A stretch of 64,000 bases of DNA from a virus (lineage: Duplodnaviria > Caudoviricetes): the IMG/VR virus record IMGVR_UViG_3300029305_005387; one strand, 5' to 3'. Shown in pieces: positions 10,220 to 19,851 of this stretch; position 1 is the stretch's first letter, and each line of letters begins with the position of its first letter. The position numbers were made by a program, and so were the translations under genes. Under the pieces are notes generated by a model. The model ran no database searches. It was given only the letters and a program-made list of their open reading frames with translations, and had not been told where the DNA came from.

Positions 10220-11107
10220 TTAATCTTCCATACTGATACTCTCTAAAGAAATGGAAGTATTTGCTAAGATTAAGAAATTGATAAGTTGTTTCATCATTTC
10301 TCTCTTATTAATTGTAATTTCCTCATCTAAGAGTTTTGGTTCTTCATACAGAACGAATCTGTATTTACTATTTGCAAAAGTGATTAGAAACTTCTTAATG
10401 ATATCTGGATTCATATCAATGATTGTAGAGTAAAAATGTTCAATTAGATATAAATAATCTGGATCATTATCCAAGTATTTAGTATCTTTGAGATAAACTT
10501 TTTCTCCTACAGGTGTTTCTTCAATATTTGCAGTAATAATCAGTGCCAATGTAGAATCAAGCAACGTATCTTTAGTAACATTGAAACGTTTCATGATATC
10601 TTTACGCATGATCAATAACAGTTTATGCCAACCAATGTTCTTTAGAAGAGCAAATTCTTGAGCCGATAATGTATGATTAAAGAAATAAATCTCAATCATC
10701 TGTTGTTGTAATCTGTTTGGTTTCAAATTACGTCTATAATATTCAATTTCTTCAGGCGTAATTTCTTTCTCATACTTTTTGAATAATTTATCAACTAACT
10801 GATCCATATCCATAGTACAAGTGAAAACATATCCTTCATTTACTTTCATTTTTGATGCACGATAACGGTCATTCTTAGAATTACCATCTGCATCAGGAAC
10901 TATCGAGGTCTCTATGAGATTTCTTCGGAAAACTTGCATTACGAAAATACTAATATGAGTATTAACAATGCTAGCTAGGAATGAAAGTACTCTCTCATTT
11001 GGTTGTTCCTTTACTCTATTCCATGTTTGAGGTAATTGGAATTTTACCATATTATCAATACAAATGTTTCTGGTCATAATTTGATTAATAATAATAGACT
11101 TGTCCTT
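10220..11107 (-). CDS. conserved jumbo-phage protein, exon 2 (candidate sigma-like RNAP specificity subunit)
   Basis: Begins right after the intron terminal G; joins exon 1 in frame (EIEG|KDKS) to give 569 aa; function inferred only from size and position near beta'. Confidence 0.6.
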   Translation of the reverse strand, partial: KDKSIIINQIMTRNICIDNMVKFQLPQTWNRVKEQPNERVLSFLASIVNTHISIFVMQVFRRNLIETSIVPDADGNSKNDRYRASKMKVNEGYVFTCTMDMDQLVDKLFKKYEKEITPEEIEYYRRNLKPNRLQQQMIEIYFFNHTLSAQEFALLKNIGWHKLLLIMRKDIMKRFNVTKDTLLDSTLALIITANIEETPVGEKVYLKDTKYLDNDPDYLYLIEHFYSTIIDMNPDIIKKFLITFANSKYRFVLYEEPKLLDEEITINKREMMKQLINFLILANTSISLESISMED

Positions 11108-11564
11108 CATTTATCTTACACATTGATTCGCAACATCAATGCAGCAACTTAATGCTTCTACTACTCTCGTAGTACGACATCTGTATCTCAACAGATGAAG
11201 TGACATAAATGTCAGATGAGACTATATCTTCACCATATATTCTGTTACCAAATATATGATGTCCCTCCATTTCCCATTACTTCGTTCCTTGTCAAGGTTT
11301 ACGAACCTCATTAGCTTAGGCGGTACTCTACTGACTACATTGTGTAAGTTGTTTAAATTCTATACACGTAGTTGACCGATAGTCGTTGAACTTTCATCTC
11401 TTATTCAGAGATGATTAGCTGCGACGATTGACTCTATATCTAACTTTTTTACTATACCTTGAAACATTACTTCTTGCCACTAACTCATCACTGAATTAGT
11501 TTAGTAGTTAGATCTTAACAAGTCTTCCCCGCAATTAAAAGGGAAAGGGTTCAAACATAAGTCA
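11108..11564 (-). mobile_element. ORF-less group I intron (457 nt)
   Basis: R (GTTCAACGACTA) and S (AAGATATAGTC) elements; 67- and 73-nt blocks shared with the other two introns; ends AAGATAAATG like the gyrB intron; excision fuses two ORFs in frame. Confidence 0.88.
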
Positions 11565-12386
11565 GCCCTCAATCTCTTGTTGTTCAAAGATGCTTCTATT
11601 GAAAGACATTGAAGACGAAACCTTTGAACTGATGTACATGTAAATTTTGTTATAAATGTCAAAATCCCATTCAAACAAATAGAATGTATCTACATAAAAT
11701 CTGTAGAATAAATCAATATTCTTCTGAATATTGATTGATCTCATTACAGCGAAATGATTAATAATAAATGAAAGAATCTTAATACAGAAACTAATTTGAA
11801 GCATTGCTTTTACATGAACATTTAAGAATTCCAAAGATTTCTTTTTACGTTGCATGATAGAAATCATATCAGGATTAGTAAGATTCTTACTGTTTTCAGC
11901 TTCTATATCATCAACATAATTCTCTTCTACCATTCGTGTAATCTTTTCTTTCATTGAATCTGTGAAAATAGTCTTATAACACAGATCTTTGAATGCATCA
12001 AAGTTTTTCATAGTATAAGAGATATTATCCACATCAATGAGATACTTGATACGAAATAGAGCAGTGATTAATTCACCCTCTTGATCATACATAGTCTCAA
12101 AGAAATTCAATTCCTCACACATTCTTGGTAGATAAGATGAATACGATAACTTAGTGACTTTCCATTCATTCAACGCAGCAATATTTTCATTATTCAAATG
12201 AGCTAACTCTTTGTCAAATTTGATGATCATTGTTTTAGGTACTGAATGAAAACGGACATCATCTGGATGTATCTTCCATTTTATCCAATACGATTCCCTC
12301 CCATTAGGGAACTGATGTTTCTTGTATTCCCATCTAGGAATTTCTTCCGGCTTTTCGACCGGTTTTACTGATGTTAATTGTAACAT
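11565..12386 (-). CDS. conserved jumbo-phage protein, exon 1
   Basis: 274 codons, AGGAGG RBS; in-frame TGA is the first intron triplet. Confidence 0.65.
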
Positions 12387-12404
12387 ATTAGATATTTACC
12401 TCCT

Positions 12405-13142
12405 TTAAGTTATATTTTCGAAAGCATCTTTCAAGAAGTTCATATCCATTGCAGTTGTAGTTCCTAATCTAATGAATGGATGTCTAGTCATCAGATCTGG
12501 TAAATCATATTTAAAAGTTTTTAAGTTATCAATGTAATTATATCGATAATCACTTGCAACTAAAACGTGAGAATATGTACCAGTTAGAATTTCTGAAGCT
12601 TCTTTTGCTAGTTCGATATCCGAGAATATATACGTAAAATTATTATCACATTTCTCAATAGCTTTACGTAAATCTCCATGTAAATACTGGCAATTGATTC
12701 CTTGAAAAATATTTTGGCAATCTTTCTTTATGAACGGCTCTTCGTGTTCACTGTAAACATACACTGGAAAGTTCATATGCTGTTGTCGATATACATAGAA
12801 CATTCTATCTACATTAAGCATCGGACTTAACGTATAGATAGATTCATCATCTTTCATTAAATCGAATAATAATTTATCCAATTCTTTAGGATCTATTTGG
12901 TGTGCCCAATCCAATTGCTTCAATGGATTAATATATCTTCGATTCTTATACCATTCTATTATTGACGTAATAGAAAAATCCTTGATGATATCTACTGGTA
13001 ATCCATAAGTTTTTTCAGTAAGAATCATTTTAATTACCGTATATAAATACGCTGGTTTTACGATATCATGATACTGAAGAAACATTCCAGCTCCGCCAAC
13101 AAAGAAAACTTTTGTATCAAATGTCAGACTATTTTGAATCAA
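12405..13142 (-). CDS. hypothetical protein (possibly HAD-like fold)
   Basis: 245-aa ORF, TTG start with AGGAGG RBS. Confidence 0.6.
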   Translation of the reverse strand: MIQNSLTFDTKVFFVGGAGMFLQYHDIVKPAYLYTVIKMILTEKTYGLPVDIIKDFSITSIIEWYKNRRYINPLKQLDWAHQIDPKELDKLLFDLMKDDESIYTLSPMLNVDRMFYVYRQQHMNFPVYVYSEHEEPFIKKDCQNIFQGINCQYLHGDLRKAIEKCDNNFTYIFSDIELAKEASEILTGTYSHVLVASDYRYNYIDNLKTFKYDLPDLMTRHPFIRLGTTTAMDMNFLKDAFENIT

Positions 13143-13219
13143 ATAATCCCACCTCCTTCTTCATTTTTGGATAAAAATAATACACGGGAGTTTTAAACTC
13201 CCGTGTATTATGTTATGTC

Positions 13220-13942
13220 TTAATTTGGAACTTGGTAAGAATCAAATGATTGAGAAGGTCCACCATATGAATTATTTTGTTTAGGTCTGTTATTATACTG
13301 CTGATTATTATTGTTATAAGAATTTGGACGTCTGTAGTTATTATTGTTATATTGCTTATTATAAGCACCCTGCTGATTTTGTCCGCCGTTCTTATTACCA
13401 CCATTCTCATTGAGTTTGGCGTAATCGTCAGTAAGTTTATCAAGATGACGATCTGCATTGATACCAGTTAAGTATCCTTCAATAGTCATCATAAATGCAC
13501 CTAAACCACTTTCAATGGTTCTAGTCATGATATTTCCATTCTCTTTCACTTGCTGCTTAATTGTCTGGAATTTAAATGGAATTGTGACATTATTCTTCGT
13601 AATACTGAATACAGTTTCCATTTCTCCATCGACACCAAGTTTACGTTCCAAAGTCAGACTTGCTCCTAAACAAGGAACAGATAAATTTGTTTCATTAATC
13701 TTTCCATCTAAGATATCTTTAGATGTCTGATACAATGCGTATGCACCTTCAAAATTAACTGTCGTCTGCTGTCCATGTTTACTATCATACTGAGAGCGTC
13801 CATTCTGATCCTTTCCATTAAAAGGATATAACTGAAAACTCAAGTTAGTATTATAGAACTTGATGTTCAAACAAGAAACTCCTTCGCTATACATGTTTCT
13901 GATTTGGGTTGATGTTGATGGTCTGTTGTTATTGTTTGCCAT
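13220..13942 (-). CDS. hypothetical protein with N/Q/Y/G-rich low-complexity tail (candidate ssDNA-binding protein)
   Basis: Beta-rich N-terminal domain plus about 60-aa NGGQNQQGAYNKQYNNNNY tail; located in the replication/transcription gene block. Confidence 0.55.
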   Translation of the reverse strand: MANNNNRPSTSTQIRNMYSEGVSCLNIKFYNTNLSFQLYPFNGKDQNGRSQYDSKHGQQTTVNFEGAYALYQTSKDILDGKINETNLSVPCLGASLTLERKLGVDGEMETVFSITKNNVTIPFKFQTIKQQVKENGNIMTRTIESGLGAFMMTIEGYLTGINADRHLDKLTDDYAKLNENGGNKNGGQNQQGAYNKQYNNNNYRRPNSYNNNNQQYNNRPKQNNSYGGPSQSFDSYQVPN

Positions 13943-14783
13943 ATAAAAGTTCCTCCTTCACTTGTTGTACCATTGTTATATGAGTGATTATTTCTACCTC
14001 GAACTCTTCATACTGATAAAGTTTTGGACTATACTTTCTTAAGAAATTACCAGATACTTTACCATCTTCAAATAGTTCATATACTTCTTGATTGTTACAA
14101 TATTTTAGAAATTCCATCGGTCCTACTTCTGTAACAAATGGACTATATGCGGTTAACATGTTTCTTATAGTCCTATAATATTCTCTGTCATCTTCAATAA
14201 CAGTTTTCATCTTTGAATTAATATCTTTTGAGATAACTGTCAAGAAATTATGCTTTGCATTGAGAATAAAGAATTCATATAATCTTCTGAATGCATATTC
14301 GATTTGATCTCTATCAAATTCTTCAGAATCAATTGTCATAATTGTGATTGACAATCTTTGCTCTAAAAGATTCTTCATCAATGAAATAAATCTGTCATGA
14401 ATAATATCAAGAGCATCTTTAATATCTGATGGATGCTCCTCACCAATATCATCATTTACAGCTGAAATTGATGCGTGTAGCTGCTCGTAGAAAATATCTA
14501 CATAATTTGTCCTATCATCAGATCCAATATAATCATTAAACTGATCAATTATTGATTCTGCGATTGTGTCATATGGATATTCTCCTAAGAAAGCAGATTT
14601 TTCAATTAATTCAGTATGGTCAATTGGTTCATCTCCACCTGACATTGAATCCATTCCCGTTTCTTTAAAATCCATAGAAATTCCAGTTGTTTTAGATCCA
14701 TTGGATTCTTGTAAATATTGAGCATTCCATGGATCTGTCCAATCAATTTCATCACCACGAATGCTATAAGGTAATATTGCCAT
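13929..14783 (-). CDS. hypothetical protein
   Basis: 284-aa acidic ORF with GAGG RBS. Confidence 0.7.
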   Translation of the reverse strand: MAILPYSIRGDEIDWTDPWNAQYLQESNGSKTTGISMDFKETGMDSMSGGDEPIDHTELIEKSAFLGEYPYDTIAESIIDQFNDYIGSDDRTNYVDIFYEQLHASISAVNDDIGEEHPSDIKDALDIIHDRFISLMKNLLEQRLSITIMTIDSEEFDRDQIEYAFRRLYEFFILNAKHNFLTVISKDINSKMKTVIEDDREYYRTIRNMLTAYSPFVTEVGPMEFLKYCNNQEVYELFEDGKVSGNFLRKYSPKLYQYEEFEVEIITHITMVQQVKEELLYGKQ

Positions 14784-14844
14784 ATTTTATCACCTCTCTT
14801 TTATTTGAATATTACCAATAAAATGTTCTTCTCTTAATTAGTTT

Positions 14845-16899
14845 TTATAAACTAATTAAACATGATGTGATACTTGCGTTTCCATTAGGAGTCTTCTGTA
14901 CGATATCTTCAACTTTCAATGCATCTAATACTGATTTGAATGAAGATATTACATCAGAAATGATGAGATCATAATCAATTAACGGAATTGCCCATTCTGG
15001 AATTTCTTTTGCTGTATTAGGAATACATAGATATTTCAATCCAGACTTTTGTATATCTTTATCAGGACTCATAAAGATCTTTTCTTTAAGTTGCTCATAT
15101 TCTGTTGGATATTTATATCGAATCTTTTCAATATCCATAATATTACTCACTGACAACTTCAGAATATATACTCGATCTAATGAGTTAATCTTTTTATCTG
15201 AATACATCTCATTCCAAACAGCTGCTCCTCTGAATACTGGTAAACTCCAAGCTTTACTAACTTCTTTACCATTATCATCATATGATTTAGAATATCCTTC
15301 TTTTGCTTTATACTGCTGAACTTTTAAGAATCTAATACCACCATTTTTCAAGTCATCATGAATCTCTCGTTCAAATTTCTTCAATTCAGCCATCATTTCA
15401 TGAAGTTCTAGATCTTCTGAATACAAGATATGATCACATAATAACTTTTGGAACTTCTGAGATACTTCATCCGTAACACCAGCTTTAATAAAGTCAACAC
15501 CTTTGATTTCAGGTTTAAACGGATATATGATGTTTCCTTCTCTTAGTACAATAGATGCTGCGTATCTCTTCTTAACTAACATTAAGAAGAAACGTCTAAA
15601 CATAAACTCATTCTTCATGGTTAATTCAGCTCTTGAAGGTTCATCCATATTATGACATCTTCCATAGTAATCAAGAATTTTTGCGACACCTCTATCCAAA
15701 CTAGCAGCCAATACATTTACAAGTATCATTTCGTTATACATTTTCTTCCTACCAAATGTTTCATTTGGGAATATCTTATTTAATACAAATGATACAAAAA
15801 GATCTGCATTAATGATATTAGAGTCAGTATCAACAAGAAGAACTGTATTTCTCATGTGATTATTCAATTTGATTATTGAGTCAGGCGTAAGATATTCAAC
15901 AAATACAAATTGAGTCATAATATCAATGAATTTATTCATATCTTCTTTAATACATTCAGGAATATCATATGGGTCAAGAAACATCTGTTTCGACATCCAT
16001 TTATTATATTTCTCAGCATTTTCAAATTGCCCTGTAAATTCAGATGGTACCTCATTTATAGATGCTTCATAATTCGGTAATGCTGATAATACTGAACTTA
16101 AAAGATTTTGAATCTTCGGATGTTTATATATCAAATCTTTAAAATTATTTGCATAATAAAGATATGTTAACTCATCTGATGTTCTATTATTTACATATGC
16201 ATCAATTGCTGGAATGTCGTCTAAACCAAGAGTTACGAAATGTATCTTAATACGTCTACTTACTTCTGCAGCAGTTGGACGTTCAATCCATTTAGGAATT
16301 TTTTCATCCTTTTCAATTACTTTATTCATCCAATCAAAACATTCATCAATATGAAAGAATTTATGATTGTCACCAACATAACCCTCGAAGAATGCTGCCA
16401 TTGTTGTAATAATTGACTGTGCCATTAGGGTTGTTGCTGCTGGTGAATACTTTGTATAGAATGCCGCTGTAGGAGCTCCTGATCCTCCATATTCAGCATT
16501 CATAATAACTTTCTTGTTATTCTGATCCAAATCTAATGATGCATATTCATCTGAACCTGGTTTATATGAAAACATTTTCTTTTTAACTTCTTTTCGTCCT
16601 CGTTTTAATCCTCGTAACATATTAGATGTAGGGGACAACAGTTCTTCTGGTTGACAATAGAAAGTTCCATTGCCAGAAATAACTGGATTTTCTTTATCTA
16701 TCCACCCACATAATTTAGTTAATGTTATTTCAGCATTATCTCCAGTGACGTTATTATCCATAATAATAGTTGGATCTTTCAGATGGTTCTTCATTATAGA
16801 TTCAATTGCATCTTCAACGTCAGATTTCTTTAAAGAAGGATCCATTTTCATGATCGTTTTTGTTGCAATTGTTAAATATAATTTCTTAAAGTACTTCAT
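14845..16899 (-). CDS. polB: family B DNA polymerase, catalytic C-terminal subunit (split PolB)
   Basis: Motif B KVIMNAEYG, motif C LVDTDS, KKRYA, EIKGVD; no exonuclease or motif A. Confidence 0.88.
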   Translation of the reverse strand: MKYFKKLYLTIATKTIMKMDPSLKKSDVEDAIESIMKNHLKDPTIIMDNNVTGDNAEITLTKLCGWIDKENPVISGNGTFYCQPEELLSPTSNMLRGLKRGRKEVKKKMFSYKPGSDEYASLDLDQNNKKVIMNAEYGGSGAPTAAFYTKYSPAATTLMAQSIITTMAAFFEGYVGDNHKFFHIDECFDWMNKVIEKDEKIPKWIERPTAAEVSRRIKIHFVTLGLDDIPAIDAYVNNRTSDELTYLYYANNFKDLIYKHPKIQNLLSSVLSALPNYEASINEVPSEFTGQFENAEKYNKWMSKQMFLDPYDIPECIKEDMNKFIDIMTQFVFVEYLTPDSIIKLNNHMRNTVLLVDTDSNIINADLFVSFVLNKIFPNETFGRKKMYNEMILVNVLAASLDRGVAKILDYYGRCHNMDEPSRAELTMKNEFMFRRFFLMLVKKRYAASIVLREGNIIYPFKPEIKGVDFIKAGVTDEVSQKFQKLLCDHILYSEDLELHEMMAELKKFEREIHDDLKNGGIRFLKVQQYKAKEGYSKSYDDNGKEVSKAWSLPVFRGAAVWNEMYSDKKINSLDRVYILKLSVSNIMDIEKIRYKYPTEYEQLKEKIFMSPDKDIQKSGLKYLCIPNTAKEIPEWAIPLIDYDLIISDVISSFKSVLDALKVEDIVQKTPNGNASITSCLISL

Positions 16900-16974
16900 T
16901 TATTCATCACACCTTTTTCCTTTCATTTTTATCACTTATTACTTGGATAATATATCTTCAAAAATTAAAGAGTT

Positions 16975-17012
16975 TAGAACATGAGGATGGAATATTCCAT
17001 CCTCATGTTCTA
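16975..17012. terminator. intrinsic terminator hairpin
   Basis: tagaacatgaggatggaatattccatcctcatgttcta palindrome. Confidence 0.7.
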
Positions 17013-17021
17013 TCATAATGA

Positions 17022-17816
17022 TTAATTTTTTAAAACATAGAATTGCAGTTTATTTTTTGGACTTGTTTTCATTAATGTTACCTTTGTACAATTCTCAATA
17101 GGATCAAAATATTTGTACAATTCTGTCACAGTTATAAATTCAATTATATTCATCATTTTTTCATTATTAAGAATTTTAGAATCTATAAACAATGGAAATA
17201 GTTGCAGAGGATTATCAATTGAAATGAGACTACTTGATACATCAGTAAATTCAATTTCTATACCTTTCAATGTATATGATGAAGATACCTGATTAGAAAA
17301 CAATGCTAAATATTGGAGAACCGCTTGATCTACTACAAAATCAAAATATTCATCTTGTACTTTATTATCTTTAAAAAGTTCACAATTTCGATCTTCTCTA
17401 AAGTAATTGTTATTGTTATTTAACCCAAATTTTGTTTGTATTTTGTCATCAACTCTAAATCCATTCTTATTAGAAAATATTTTTAAAACAATTTGTAATA
17501 GTTGAATATTTTCATCTTTAAAAATAGCAAATTCTGGTTGGTTAATATACCTTTTAATTAGTTGATGATTTATAAATTTATCAACTAATTCATCATTGAT
17601 ACGTTTTACGAATTCACTATCTGATTTAGTAATATCTTTTATTGAGCGAATTGTAGGTATTAAAACATGTGGAACAGGTTCTTCTTTCTTTTTAAACATG
17701 TAAATATATTTAGAATAAATCATAACTCCTACTGCTTGTCCAACTGCAATTTGAAAGTTTTCGCATTCTTTTTCATTTTTATGAAACATTTCCATGAAAA
17801 CATCTTTAATTGACAT
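17022..17816 (-). CDS. hypothetical protein
   Basis: 264-aa ORF with GGAG RBS. Confidence 0.7.
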   Translation of the reverse strand: MSIKDVFMEMFHKNEKECENFQIAVGQAVGVMIYSKYIYMFKKKEEPVPHVLIPTIRSIKDITKSDSEFVKRINDELVDKFINHQLIKRYINQPEFAIFKDENIQLLQIVLKIFSNKNGFRVDDKIQTKFGLNNNNNYFREDRNCELFKDNKVQDEYFDFVVDQAVLQYLALFSNQVSSSYTLKGIEIEFTDVSSSLISIDNPLQLFPLFIDSKILNNEKMMNIIEFITVTELYKYFDPIENCTKVTLMKTSPKNKLQFYVLKN

Positions 17817-17880
17817 ATTTTACTCCACCTTTCTTTAACCTATATTAAATTTATTAAAACATGTAAAGGAGCGATATTAA

Positions 17881-19137
17881 ATGTATGATGTAATTAAAAT
17901 GACAAATCCTCATAATTTTACAAATGCTTTATACGAAGAATCAGCTTTCAGTAATATTGCATCTGTGAATAATGAACAATTCTTTTCTGAAGCAGTTTTT
18001 ATTGATGGTAAAGAATCTCTTCAGAAGTGTGTAGAATGTATCCAGAAAATTAAAGATGAATTGGATAAACAGGTACAAATACAGATTGACAGTGAAAAGG
18101 CTGTTAAAGAAGCAAGAAAAAATAGAAGTAAAGAAAAGCTGGAACTTAAACCTTTTGATCCTAAAGCTTTTTGGAAAAATACTCTATTTAAAGATTTAGA
18201 AGATGAACTTGCTAGAGTATTTGGATTTAGATTTGTTTCCATCAATCCATATAATGAAAGGTATATCTCAAGTCAGAAAACATTCGAATCCAGAATGTTG
18301 AATGCATATGTAGGACACATCGATAGATTTCCTATTGAGGGTCTTGTAACTGATAAAGGTTTTTATGATAAAACCAAATCAATCACTATGGAAATCTATA
18401 TTACTCTTGGATTACTTTCAGCACTAACTGCAGAAGAAATTATGGGTGTTATACTACATGAATTTGGTCATTCGATTGATCCTGCAATTGTTGATATCAA
18501 ATATATTGAAACAAATATTCTTACCAAGTACTTGACAGATCGTAAGAAAGAAATCAATAAGAATGAAAAACGCCATATGGAAAAAAGTAAACGAACTGTT
18601 TACAAAATGTTTCTAAGTGCGATTTCCTGGATTAAAGGATTCTCTATTTTGGATATCTTCAGTAAGAAAGGTAAAGAGAAGAGAGATCTTGACAAGATTA
18701 AGAAAGCATTAGAAAAAGATAAGAAAGAATTTACTCGTCAGGAATATGGAGAAGCATATGCTGATAACTTTGCACGTATGTATGGATTCGGTCCTCAACT
18801 TGCAAGTGCCTTTAAGAAGATGAGTAAGAATCAGGAAAAAACGATTAATTCTCGAATCAAGAAAGAAAAGATCAGACAGAGTATAATTGTTTCAATCACT
18901 CTTGACTTGATTAATGATGTTCATAAAACTGACATCCATAGAGTCCGTGCATTAATTCGTGAATATAAAGAGGATTTAAAAGATCCTAATATACCTGAAA
19001 AAACTAAGAAACAAATTGAAGAGGATCTGAAAGAGGTTGAGAAAGTCCTTGATGAATATTTAAATAACTTCAGTGAATTCCAAAACCGTGTCAATCAGTT
19101 GATTAATGAAGAATTAGAAAAGAAAGAGGATAATTAA
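17881..19137 (+). CDS. zincin-like (HExxH) metallopeptidase domain protein
   Basis: EIMGVILHEFGH plus downstream EAYAD...YGFGPQLASAFKK (M48-like). Confidence 0.7.
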   Translation: MYDVIKMTNPHNFTNALYEESAFSNIASVNNEQFFSEAVFIDGKESLQKCVECIQKIKDELDKQVQIQIDSEKAVKEARKNRSKEKLELKPFDPKAFWKNTLFKDLEDELARVFGFRFVSINPYNERYISSQKTFESRMLNAYVGHIDRFPIEGLVTDKGFYDKTKSITMEIYITLGLLSALTAEEIMGVILHEFGHSIDPAIVDIKYIETNILTKYLTDRKKEINKNEKRHMEKSKRTVYKMFLSAISWIKGFSILDIFSKKGKEKRDLDKIKKALEKDKKEFTRQEYGEAYADNFARMYGFGPQLASAFKKMSKNQEKTINSRIKKEKIRQSIIVSITLDLINDVHKTDIHRVRALIREYKEDLKDPNIPEKTKKQIEEDLKEVEKVLDEYLNNFSEFQNRVNQLINEELEKKEDN

Positions 19138-19275
19138 TTTTATCTTTTCACAGTACTATTTAATAATCAAAAAAGCTAGCTTGCCGCGGTAAAATATATT
19201 TTTAGTTCATTCAAGGATAATTTCAATAATGAAAAAGTAAGGAATAATTATATATGGTTGCTAACGCACTCCATA

Positions 19276-19315
19276 GTGTAAATGGTACTTGGGATATCCC
19301 AAGTACCATTTACAC
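19276..19315. terminator. perfect 40-bp palindrome between convergent genes
   Basis: gtgtaaatggtacttgggat|atcccaagtaccatttacac. Confidence 0.7.
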
Positions 19316-19324
19316 ATATATCTT

Positions 19325-19483
19325 TTAGTATCCTTTATAGCCTGGCTGCTTACGTTGTTCATCTAACATTCTATTCCTGATTTCGGCTTCAATCTCCGCT
19401 TGCCTAATTCTTTCCTTTTCAGCCTGGAGGGCTGCTTCTATTTTAGCCTGTTCCTCACTAGTGAATTTCTTATCGTTACTCAT
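19325..19483 (-). CDS. small coiled-coil protein (52 aa, not in ORF track)
   Basis: MSNDKKFTSEEQAKIEAALQAEKERIRQAEIEAEIRNRMLDEQRKQPGYKGY with AAAGGAG RBS. Confidence 0.65.
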   Translation of the reverse strand: MSNDKKFTSEEQAKIEAALQAEKERIRQAEIEAEIRNRMLDEQRKQPGYKGY

Positions 19484-19520
19484 TTTATATAACTCCTTTC
19501 ATGATTTATTATATGTTAAT

Positions 19521-19778
19521 TTAATGGCTATTTATTCCATTAAAAGGACATTCATTGCAAAATAATTCTATCAAACATGTATTATTATAATTCTTACATT
19601 TACGTGTGAAATTTTCCATAATAAATACAGCTTCTACTACATCTCCTTTATTCATTTCATTATTAAATTCTTCTAAAGGAAATGTTTCTATTCGTGATTC
19701 TTTTTCTTTTATTAATCTCTTTACTATAAAATGATGTCTTATGTTTCTTAAAATTCTTATCATATTTTTACCCTCCAT
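19521..19778 (-). CDS. hypothetical protein
   Basis: 80-85-aa ORF with C-terminal Cys cluster. Confidence 0.55.
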   Translation of the reverse strand: MEGKNMIRILRNIRHHFIVKRLIKEKESRIETFPLEEFNNEMNKGDVVEAVFIMENFTRKCKNYNNTCLIELFCNECPFNGINSH

Positions 19779-19851
19779 AATATATGTCCCAATAATATTT
19801 ATAAAATTATGGGCCCTCTCTTTATTTTATTATGGGGATAATATATAATTA

